DNA of 64,000 nt. It comes from a bacterium (lineage in GTDB: Bacteria; Patescibacteriota; Patescibacteriia; JACQRZ01). The stretch covers positions 1,062 through 65,061 of the forward strand of contig JAHFJA010000001.1 of NCBI GenBank assembly GCA_023246095.1, read 5' to 3'. Both the position numbers and the translations under genes were made by a program. The notes beneath the pieces were generated by a model. The model was given only the letters and a program-made list of their open reading frames with translations, searched no databases and was not told the origin of the DNA. Shown here in pieces: positions 27,630 through 36,166 of the stretch; positions within the stretch are counted from its first letter, which is position 1, and every line of letters starts with the position of its first letter.

Positions 27630-29399
27630 CTATTTCAGAGGAAAATTAAGAATAGTACTAAACGGTGTATCTTTTTTATATTTATCCACCGAAGAAAATA
27701 ATGCATTCAAATGAGTCTGTTTTTCAATCCCCCTCATGAGAAATGGTTTCATCGCGTGAAAACCAATAGGTGACGGCACAAGATCAAGTCCCGTATCAGT
27801 AAATTTACCTGATACAATCAATCCATACTGGGTGGTCGCCGGGGTTACTTGGTCAAAGATAAAATTACCGAGCGAATATATAATAGGACGTCCATGATAG
27901 GCTTCCATGTCTTGCACAACATGCGGGTGAGTACCTATTATGGCGTCAGCACCGGCGTCAATCCACGAATGCGCCAGGCTCTCTTGTAGTGGAGAATGTT
28001 TGAGTGCATACTCAATACCCCAATGAGGGTATATGAGCACCTTATTTGTCGGATCTTTTTTTATTGTCTTAATCTGGTCAATTAAATCTTTCTGTAAAAA
28101 AGTACTTTCATTGATGGCAAGAACGCCGATAAGGTATAAATGATATCCTTGTCCATCGACGTGCACAATCTTGATATCCTTTGTTGCGCGAGGATCACCA
28201 AACGACATAACGTTGGCATTGCGCAACACCTGACGAGAAAGCTCGAGTCCTTTTTGTTCATCATTGAGTGCATGATTATTCGCAAGACTCACAGCCCGTA
28301 AATGGAGATACTTCAACGCCGCAAGGGCTTGTTTTGGAAAAATAAATGTGAGATCACTCGCGACTTTTTTTGAAATAGAAGTTTGATCGGTGATCGCCCC
28401 TTCGAGATTGGCAAATGGCGCATCAACACCCCAAAACACTCGATCACCTAGCTCCGCAAATAGTGATTGATAATTCGAGCCAAATTTTGTTGCCACACCC
28501 CGTGCCAGCATGATATCCCCCGCCACAGTAAACGTTACGGAGTTATCAGGAACAGTAGGTTTACCTGTCTCATACCAACCAAAAACATGGGTGGTTGTTT
28601 CAATGTCGGGATTATTAAGAAGTACACCGCTATTTGTGTGACCATAGAGATTAAAATGCTTTGTATTGTGCAATGTCGCCCAACGAGAAAGTAAATAGAG
28701 CGCTTGAGGTGAGTCAACTTCCGTTTTGTTCAGTAGTGTGTCCCCATCAACATTTTCCAAGGCCCGGACAGAAACAGTATCGTGAATGTCAGATAACGCG
28801 GCTGGTTGATAATGAGAAAAATCGACCGAAGCAATCATCAGACACGAGGGGCATGTCGTATTCAGAGATATATCAAGTGAGTCAATGGTAGTTTGGGGTG
28901 CATCCTGCCTGACAATAATAGGTACGATCTGCGCGTGGGGAAATACTGCATGAATATCGGCAAGCACATAACGTATACCATGATCATCTGTCACATCTTT
29001 GGGCTGGTCATCAGCGATATGATCGCGCAACAATGCCTCAACAGTGATTTTGTCCGGTTCCATTGTTCCTTTGGCAAGCATCCATGTCTTTGTCGTTGTC
29101 TGAATAGCTGCCTTTCCTGCACTAAAATGATTCGGCGATACAATGATAACAGTCGGAGGCTCTGATTGAGCAAAAAATGCATCTCGCACGTGAGCCAAGA
29201 ACTCTTGGCGTTTTATTTTCACAATATCGTGATGAGGAATCACGATACCCGAAATACCGACGGACTGGACCGACGGTGATAGAATAATAGCAGTTGGCGA
29301 TACACCAACATTCCCTCCCCACAAATGAGTGAAGAGGGAAAAGATGGCAAAAAGTTCTTTCACGAAATTATTTTTGTAATAACCCGCCCCATTCGACAA
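27630..29399 (-). CDS. Memo (AmmeMemoRadiSam B)-like domain fused to CapA/PgsA metallophosphatase
   Basis: PHH, SPNH, ASVDFSHY; GDIMLAR, NLEG, LANNH, HWGIEY, GTHPHV, YSLGNFIFDQ. Confidence 0.85.
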   Translation of the reverse strand: MSNGAGYYKNNFVKELFAIFSLFTHLWGGNVGVSPTAIILSPSVQSVGISGIVIPHHDIVKIKRQEFLAHVRDAFFAQSEPPTVIIVSPNHFSAGKAAIQTTTKTWMLAKGTMEPDKITVEALLRDHIADDQPKDVTDDHGIRYVLADIHAVFPHAQIVPIIVRQDAPQTTIDSLDISLNTTCPSCLMIASVDFSHYQPAALSDIHDTVSVRALENVDGDTLLNKTEVDSPQALYLLSRWATLHNTKHFNLYGHTNSGVLLNNPDIETTTHVFGWYETGKPTVPDNSVTFTVAGDIMLARGVATKFGSNYQSLFAELGDRVFWGVDAPFANLEGAITDQTSISKKVASDLTFIFPKQALAALKYLHLRAVSLANNHALNDEQKGLELSRQVLRNANVMSFGDPRATKDIKIVHVDGQGYHLYLIGVLAINESTFLQKDLIDQIKTIKKDPTNKVLIYPHWGIEYALKHSPLQESLAHSWIDAGADAIIGTHPHVVQDMEAYHGRPIIYSLGNFIFDQVTPATTQYGLIVSGKFTDTGLDLVPSPIGFHAMKPFLMRGIEKQTHLNALFSSVDKYKKDTPFSTILNFPLK

Positions 29400-31041
29400 G
29401 AGTAAATCCGTTACGAGCAGGTGCGCTCAATATCTGCGGATCAATCGCGACAGGCGATTCGAGTCCTTTGAAGTCGAGGAAAATGCGAATCATAGTATCT
29501 GGTTTAGGAGAAACAGTGAGCGGTGCAAGGGCGTTCATATCGCGTGTGGAAAGCCATGACAGGCGGACATACGGAGTACTTGGCATTTTTGGCAACCAGA
29601 AGGCAAGGAAATCTGAGCTTTCTTTTTTATTGAGGCCCATGGTGGCGAGTTGCGATTTCAATGTAGTCTCGATATCCTTGCGAGCCACCACAAATCCCTT
29701 ATCGATGGTTGGGTAATAACCATGACCAATCCCCTCCCAAAACAGTGAATCATAGTGAGAACCATCCGCCATGGTGAGATCACCGTTTGGTTGAGCAACC
29801 ACGTTCCACCCATCGTTATATGCAGGTTCTGATTTTGTAATTGACGCATCAACACTGACACTCACTTGAGTTGTTTTTGTAGGATAGAGATACACAACCG
29901 GTTTTCCACATTCGGCAGATGGACCATATTTTGTGTTATTCAACAAAAGGTAGCGCCCAAGTTTGTCTTTAATAACCACCAGAGAGTGACTTCTTAAAAA
30001 AAGGTCATAGGTCATCTCTCCGTAGTTGCTCGGTATTTGCTCGTACAGGTTTTTCAAGAGTGGGTGATTAGTATCGCTTATTTCATAAATTGTACTGCGA
30101 TTATCATAAGCGTGCAGATCACCCCAATCTAAGGTACCTGTTTCTTTAAGAGCCGGCACTTTCCCATCAGCAAAAATACTTACATATCCTCCCATACCAC
30201 AGCCACGTGTGTTTAAGTACTGGTACGTATCTTTGTTGCTTTCAGAAGCCCCTGCCCACGTCGCGTTTAAAACGCTATCATCTCCATACAATCGCGGGGT
30301 GTACTGATACTGTTGAAGGACGCCGTCCAATTTCTTAAGGATAAAAATCTGACTCACCACCGACTCGATGTCTCCACTCGCAACCGTGTTGTACAAGATT
30401 CCATTAGGGTACGTCTTTACTTCTTTCATCACGTCTTTTACGTCACCAAGGTGCGCACCTGATAGATATTCCTCACCAACTATATCGAGGGGTACGGTGT
30501 AGGCAACATAATCCGGTGATATAATCGATGAGTATTTTTTCTCTTTGTTGATCGTTACATTACTGGCAAAACCTCCTCCTCCATAAGTGAATCCTCCTTT
30601 ATCGTCAAATCGACTGGGTGTCATCGAGCTAAGTACATCGTATGATGTATCGCTTTGCTTCACGAAATATAGAAGAAAATCATTAGTTGGATCATCTGGT
30701 GGTACGTCGGCAATAATTACTTCCTTACCGTTATCGGTACCGATTTTATAATACTCAATTGGCGATCGAACAGTTGATCCATCTAGTGAGATACTTGCAT
30801 CAATAAGCTTCAAATCACCAAGTTTCTGTGGCTCAACAAGCCACGAGACACCAGATTCCAAGATAGTCGGTTCTGGAGCAGGCGCAGCAGGTTGTTGCAC
30901 GACAGGTGTTTCCACCACCGGCGCAACGACAGGCGCAAGTGCCGTCTTTGTCTTTACCGAATAATACGTGACCCCAACACTGACGACCGCAACAGCTACC
31001 AGCCCCACAACAATGAGGAGATAACGAGATGATTTATCCAT
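29368..31041 (-). CDS. Membrane-anchored hypothetical protein with C-terminal KPVVYLYP domain
   Basis: N-terminal TM; CGKPVVYLYP..LFWEG..R.GFTLVEWGG. Confidence 0.75.
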   Translation of the reverse strand: MDKSSRYLLIVVGLVAVAVVSVGVTYYSVKTKTALAPVVAPVVETPVVQQPAAPAPEPTILESGVSWLVEPQKLGDLKLIDASISLDGSTVRSPIEYYKIGTDNGKEVIIADVPPDDPTNDFLLYFVKQSDTSYDVLSSMTPSRFDDKGGFTYGGGGFASNVTINKEKKYSSIISPDYVAYTVPLDIVGEEYLSGAHLGDVKDVMKEVKTYPNGILYNTVASGDIESVVSQIFILKKLDGVLQQYQYTPRLYGDDSVLNATWAGASESNKDTYQYLNTRGCGMGGYVSIFADGKVPALKETGTLDWGDLHAYDNRSTIYEISDTNHPLLKNLYEQIPSNYGEMTYDLFLRSHSLVVIKDKLGRYLLLNNTKYGPSAECGKPVVYLYPTKTTQVSVSVDASITKSEPAYNDGWNVVAQPNGDLTMADGSHYDSLFWEGIGHGYYPTIDKGFVVARKDIETTLKSQLATMGLNKKESSDFLAFWLPKMPSTPYVRLSWLSTRDMNALAPLTVSPKPDTMIRIFLDFKGLESPVAIDPQILSAPARNGFTLVEWGGLLQK

Positions 31042-31166
31042 AAAGTCAGAAAGATAAGAATAGTACTGTTACTATAGTCATTTTTGGGTTAGATAGCAAG
31101 AAGGTACTATCCAGCAATAACAATAATTTGTGCTACTATAATCTTACTTATAATGAACTATTACAT

Positions 31167-31457
31167 ATGGATGCCCTCACTTTAAAAAAACATCTGAATG
31201 AAGGAGCTAGTATCTTACTGTTAGATGTCAGAGAAGCAGCTGAATACGAGCAAAGCGATAAAATAGAAGGTTCTATAAACATACCGATGACAAGAGTACT
31301 TGCCGAAGTAAATATGGGAACAATACCAAAAAACATGCCGATAGTTACGATATGCAGAAGTGGCGCCAGAGCCGAGATGGTTGCACAAGTACTTAAGCAA
31401 AAAGGCTATAATATAGAATCACTTGAGGGCGGAATGGATGCGTGGAGTGAAGTATAA
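31167..31457 (+). CDS. Rhodanese-like protein
   Basis: LLDVRE..EY, ICRSGARA, LEGGMDAW. Confidence 0.9.
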   Translation: MDALTLKKHLNEGASILLLDVREAAEYEQSDKIEGSINIPMTRVLAEVNMGTIPKNMPIVTICRSGARAEMVAQVLKQKGYNIESLEGGMDAWSEV

Positions 31458-31514
31458 GGCCGTGGTGGAGTGGGGGCAAAAGAAAAGAGGGTTGAATACA
31501 CCCCAAAATAGTTA

Positions 31515-31793
31515 TTAGGCGATCGGAATTTGCTTCAAAAATTCAAGCGTCGCTTTTACAGAAAGATTATCGGTATGCAAAAAATGAAGTTTATTACCCC
31601 ATTGCTCTGCCAAGGGTGTAACAAATTCATCCGCCCAAGAAGGTGTAAGTACTTTAACACCTTCAAAATCAAGTTCAATCATGTCTGCTTCATCCTTTGA
31701 AGGAAATATATATGCCTGCGCGGACAGATACGCCTCTTTTCCTGATGGACGGGAAGAAAGAAAATCACCAAAATTTTTCATTATAATTTTCAT
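31515..31793 (-). CDS. STAS-like DUF4325 protein
   Basis: LSSRPSGK..ELDFEGVKVLTPSWADEF. Confidence 0.75.
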   Translation of the reverse strand: MKIIMKNFGDFLSSRPSGKEAYLSAQAYIFPSKDEADMIELDFEGVKVLTPSWADEFVTPLAEQWGNKLHFLHTDNLSVKATLEFLKQIPIA

Positions 31794-31798
31794 AGATA

Positions 31799-32374
31799 TC
31801 AAAACGTTAATATGGCAACCATACCCTTCAATCCATCGTCCGCCATTGTGCATGCAGACGCACTGGCGTCAATCACATACGTACCACAACCTGAACGATA
31901 TTCTAACTTCCATTGTTGTTCTTGCACAACCTTTGCCACGAGTTTTAAACCATTGCCTCGTCGTTCTGGGGCACGGCCAGAAAGAGTCTCAGTAAAAGCC
32001 ACCGTCAACGCTTCGCAATCATCGGCAATACTGGGTCGAACCTGACGCAGAGTAGCGAGAATTCCTTGGCCTCGGTCAGCAATTACCACCATCCTTTGAT
32101 CGGCATTATATACAAAATACGCACCTCTTTCATCGCGCCAATTACCAAGATTGTGATCAAACGTATTATTCCCTATCTCACCTATCACAAGTCCAAGAAG
32201 ATATGCATTCTCGCCAATGGAACGATCACTGGCACACTCAATAACTAATTTATCCGCTCTTGCTTGAAAAATATCCCGCGTAGGACAATGCTCGTCAGGC
32301 AACAAAAAACCCACACCATTATCCATAGAAACCCAATCAAAGGCTTTTTGAATTTGCGGAATCAGTTCTTTCAT
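31799..32374 (-). CDS. Stand-alone GHKL/HATPase-domain protein
   Basis: EIGNNTFDH (N box), IADRGQGI (G1), RGNGL (G2). Confidence 0.75.
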   Translation of the reverse strand: MKELIPQIQKAFDWVSMDNGVGFLLPDEHCPTRDIFQARADKLVIECASDRSIGENAYLLGLVIGEIGNNTFDHNLGNWRDERGAYFVYNADQRMVVIADRGQGILATLRQVRPSIADDCEALTVAFTETLSGRAPERRGNGLKLVAKVVQEQQWKLEYRSGCGTYVIDASASACTMADDGLKGMVAILTF

Positions 32375-32579
32375 ATATGGTCAATCTATCACAGAGCTCC
32401 CATAATTTCAAGCAATAACCAGAATAAATGGGTCGGAAATAGGGGGTTTTAAGCAACTAACAGCCAATGAACCTAATTTGTACACGCTTTATGTAATGTC
32501 CTTTTGTATTGTGCCAAAAGAGAATTCTGGGATGTGAACTTTTGCAGGTATTTCGTAGTAAGACCCTTCCACTCTTTGA

Positions 32580-32755
32580 ATATATGCGTATCGAAGTAAT
32601 CGGCCGTACTTATCCTTATCTCCTTGAGTATGATCGCTTTCAAGGCGCACTTTTTTATTCAACAGCATCTCTTTTGCCTTGTTTGAAGCCTCCTTGCCAA
32701 AACATTGGACAGTCTTGCGAGGGTCAACCGTCTCTGGTGTGTCGATACCGATAGA
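32580..32755 (-). pseudogene. Internal fragment of a thermonuclease (SNase-like) gene
   Basis: IGIDTPETVDPRK.VQCFGKEAS..DKDKYGRLLRY with unrelated sequence on both sides. Confidence 0.75.
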
Positions 32756-32914
32756 ACGTGGAAGTCGAAAACATACCCCCAAAACCGAGCGCAAGCGCCA
32801 GCGGAGTGACAATTTGATTCATCATAAGGTAGAGAGATTAACCCCCATTCTGCATTATACGGTGTATCTGATCGATACTTCTTTATACCCACTTCCAATA
32901 TAACACTCCTCTCC

Positions 32915-34135
32915 TTAAAACGTTATTTTCTCCTCCCGATATCGAGTACGTTCCTTATTGGGTGACCGGAGTCGGAAATAGCGCGAAGGCATTTTTACGT
33001 GAAGTAGCGCTGATATTTTTTCTATCATTTGCAAAAATTCTTTGTTGGGCGTTTCAAAAGGAAAATTCAATTGCAGATCGATGGAATTTGTATTCTCTAA
33101 CAAGAGAATTATGCCGCTCTCCTCGATGAAATCAAATGGTTTTAATACGTTGGATATTGGCGATAAATGCTTCCAGCGAAAGTTCAAATAACAAGTAATC
33201 CACGATACGCAATCCCTCGTATATTCTTGACCATGAGCCGTATTTGCATATTTAGGAAATGGCTTCTCAGCTTCAAGAAAATCAATGCACTGTTCAAGCA
33301 TACTAAAAGGCAGTTGCCAATTTAGCTGTGAACGAAGAGGGCCTTTACTTATGAATTTTGGTTCTCCAAATAGAGCGATTGCCCTCTTGCATAGGGGTTT
33401 TGTGCTTTGGCCATTTGTATCTTTATCAGTTTCCACTATATGGAACTGAACTGCCTCGCTGTCGTCAACGAGGGTAGCAAATTCTTCAAAAAATGTATCC
33501 AATTCTTTGATTAGTTTCTTCTTATCACGCATATATACCGCCTGAAATCCATCCGCATGAGTGCTATAAGTGAGAAACGTAGGGAACGTATATTGGAATG
33601 GCGCAGGATTTTTGACGTTCAAGAAAAATTCCAGTCGTGCACCGTGTAATATCGTATTAAATCTAGCCCCATTCTTTAATTTATATCCATCAAGATCGGA
33701 AGGAGACCGTAACACTGTCTTTATGGCTTCAGCAGTTTTCAATTCATAAAGGCTTGGCAAAACATGCTCTGTGAGCGCATTCTTCAATCTTTGAATACTT
33801 TCCTTTTCGGTACAGTTGTAGATTTCGAATATCTCAATAGCTTCCTTTCGAAGCATTACCTCTTCCGCGCGTGCTCTCATATGACATTCATACTCATGCG
33901 GCCATTCAGGGACGGTGACTAATGTCACTGGCGGAAGACATCGAATATAGACACTCGCATTGAGATAATGGCTACCTCCGATACCCGTCTGAAAATTTAC
34001 AATAAGTATTGTTTCTGGAGTATGAAGATACCATGTCGAAGCGATTTTTTTGAATCCCTTTGGCTTCAATACTTCATGAATAGCTTGACGATACTTGTTG
34101 TGAATTGGGTCTGATGCCATATATATGCTGTACAT
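32915..34135 (-). CDS. Hypothetical protein with N-terminal DUF4304-like domain
   Basis: LKPKGFKK....WY......IVNFQ pattern. Confidence 0.6.
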   Translation of the reverse strand: MYSIYMASDPIHNKYRQAIHEVLKPKGFKKIASTWYLHTPETILIVNFQTGIGGSHYLNASVYIRCLPPVTLVTVPEWPHEYECHMRARAEEVMLRKEAIEIFEIYNCTEKESIQRLKNALTEHVLPSLYELKTAEAIKTVLRSPSDLDGYKLKNGARFNTILHGARLEFFLNVKNPAPFQYTFPTFLTYSTHADGFQAVYMRDKKKLIKELDTFFEEFATLVDDSEAVQFHIVETDKDTNGQSTKPLCKRAIALFGEPKFISKGPLRSQLNWQLPFSMLEQCIDFLEAEKPFPKYANTAHGQEYTRDCVSWITCYLNFRWKHLSPISNVLKPFDFIEESGIILLLENTNSIDLQLNFPFETPNKEFLQMIEKISALLHVKMPSRYFRLRSPNKERTRYREEKITF

Positions 34136-34209
34136 TCAAGTGTTACTACGTTATTGCTGATAATACTGGCAGCTTCCAGGGTGAAAAGCAAATAATGTAC
34201 AAGGAAAGA

Positions 34210-34872
34210 TTAGATTTGGATAAAGTATCCAACACAACGAGAAACCTTTGCTACTTCCGTTCCACTGAGGGTGGTATTTCTATTTGTGAGCCATTTAGAG
34301 AGCTTATCTTTACCAAAGACTTTTTCAATACACTTCTTGGCACCTGATTTTTGACTGTTATAAAACGAATAGAACGTATCGCTTTGAGAAATTGCCGTGC
34401 TCACCGGCTTGATCATATCCGTAACAGAGCTTTTTTTATTTTTTTTGCTAGTCGCACTGGTTTTTTTTACTGACGTCGACAACACAGTCTGAACACCAAC
34501 TCCAAGTTTCTTTCCTTCACGTAATAACAATTTCCATGTGGTCGGTCCCACATATCCATAACCAGTACTATCAGCTGTTCCTTGACACGCAATATCGTGT
34601 GCACACTGAAAACGCTTGAGTGCCGCAAGAGTGCCAGAGCTGAATGTGTCGGTTTCATGCCCCGGTGACCCTTCACCTGTTCGTGAAATAATAAACCCAT
34701 CGTTATTTAGTATTTTTTGCAGCACCATGACCTCAGAACCTCGTGTACCTATACCCATTCCTGACGAGGCGGCATATACATTTTGCCCAAGTGCTATCGC
34801 ACAGATTATGACAATAATAACCAATAAACGGCCCATATAGAGTAGTAATAATTTCACCATACAGTCTATCAC
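34210..34872 (-). CDS. Secreted peptidoglycan-binding domain protein
   Basis: G.RGSEV..LQKILN..GSPGHET..F...T.AALKRFQ..GYVGPTT. Confidence 0.8.
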   Translation of the reverse strand: MIDCMVKLLLLYMGRLLVIIVIICAIALGQNVYAASSGMGIGTRGSEVMVLQKILNNDGFIISRTGEGSPGHETDTFSSGTLAALKRFQCAHDIACQGTADSTGYGYVGPTTWKLLLREGKKLGVGVQTVLSTSVKKTSATSKKNKKSSVTDMIKPVSTAISQSDTFYSFYNSQKSGAKKCIEKVFGKDKLSKWLTNRNTTLSGTEVAKVSRCVGYFIQI

Positions 34873-34944
34873 TTTCCTTGTATATCAAAAACACCCCAAA
34901 GTGTTAGTAAATAAAGCCGACCCAGCATTCTGAATTCTCGCCGT

Positions 34945-35907
34945 GTGCGCTATAATAACTACATGAAAAAGATTAGTCTTACAGCCATAGTGACCGCGAG
35001 TATCATTCTACTTATGGGTGTAAGTTTTCTCTATCTCAAGAAAAAAGAAATCGCATCGCCAAACAACATTGCCTGTACCCAAGAAGCAAAGCAATGTCCC
35101 GATGGTAGTTATGTTGGTCGTACAGGGAAAAATTGCGAATTTACTGATTGCCCCGCTATAGCACCCAAAACAATACCACCAACCCCGCAACAACCACCCT
35201 CAACACCGCCCCCTACACCAGTGCCAACACCAGTGCCCTTACCTAAACCAGCCCCAACACCAACACCTCCCCCAAGCGGAGTAAGTGAATGCACATCAGA
35301 CAAAGACTGTCCCTCGTCGCTCGTTTGTCACGCCGGCACGTGTACTGAACCGATAACTGCTCAGTGTAGTGGACCTGACGACACGAGCTGTTCCCCTGGT
35401 TATCGCTGTATTCAGAGCTGCGGCCCTCCTGTTGCAAGAATAGGAGACCCTCCCCCACCATATTATTGTGAACTCGAAGAAGTAGCCTCAAAACCTCGCA
35501 ACTGTCCTATTTGTTTAGCCTCAAACACAGAAGTTGCTACACCAACCGGTAATCATAATGTCAAAGATATAAAAATGGGAATGCTTATATGGTCGCTTAA
35601 CAAAAATGGAGAAAAGGTTGCAAGTACCGTAATAAAAATATCACACACTCCTGTTCCAAGAACACATCGAGTAATACATCTTACACTTTCAGATAAAAGA
35701 GAAGTATGGGTATCACCTAATCATCCGACTGTAGATGGCAGAACGATTCAAGAACTACAGAAGGGAGACCTGTATGATAGATCATACGTTCAATCGACAG
35801 AGCTGATTCCTTATTGGGATACCAATACCTACGACATCCTATCAGATAGCGATACTGGTTATTACTGGGCGAATGGAATTTTATTAGGAAGCACACTTAA
35901 AAAATAA
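34945..35907 (+). CDS. Secreted Cys/Pro-rich protein with C-terminal Hint domain
   Basis: CTQEAKQCPDGSYVGR; Pro-rich linker; CLASNTEVATPTG, SPNHP, TYDI..YYWANGIL. Confidence 0.8.
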   Translation: MRYNNYMKKISLTAIVTASIILLMGVSFLYLKKKEIASPNNIACTQEAKQCPDGSYVGRTGKNCEFTDCPAIAPKTIPPTPQQPPSTPPPTPVPTPVPLPKPAPTPTPPPSGVSECTSDKDCPSSLVCHAGTCTEPITAQCSGPDDTSCSPGYRCIQSCGPPVARIGDPPPPYYCELEEVASKPRNCPICLASNTEVATPTGNHNVKDIKMGMLIWSLNKNGEKVASTVIKISHTPVPRTHRVIHLTLSDKREVWVSPNHPTVDGRTIQELQKGDLYDRSYVQSTELIPYWDTNTYDILSDSDTGYYWANGILLGSTLKK

Positions 35908-35962
35908 ACAAAGATCACCACTCTTTGCAATGATGACTCTCTTGGTAGAGCTATCGTACATT

Positions 35963-36013
35963 GTCTTCCCATGGGCAACAGGTGGTCAACGATTAGACAC
36001 CGAGTGGGGAGAT
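35963..36013 (+). ncRNA. Unrecognised structured RNA motif, copy 1
   Basis: Core TGGGCAAC.GGTGGTCAAC..GACAC.GAGTGGG shared with 41038-41094; stems covary between copies. Confidence 0.5.
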
Positions 36014-36031
36014 GAAGATACGCGAAGATAA

Positions 36032-36062
36032 AAAAATTCTACTGTTTTTACAGTAGAATTTT
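36032..36062. terminator. Bidirectional terminator-like hairpin
   Basis: AAAATTCTACTGT / ACAGTAGAATTTT. Confidence 0.7.
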
Positions 36063-36166
36063 CAATTATCCTCCTTTCTTCAAATAACAATTATCATATT
36101 TCAGTCGACTTCTTCCGATTCAATATTCTGTGAAAAAATCCGATTGGAAATTCTTATCATCTCCCC

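Noticed and set aside
35963-36013. HDV-like or hammerhead ribozyme identity for the repeated motif
   Set aside because: Only GGGCAAC resembles HDV; I could not build the nested pseudoknot, and there is no CUGAUGA/GAAA core
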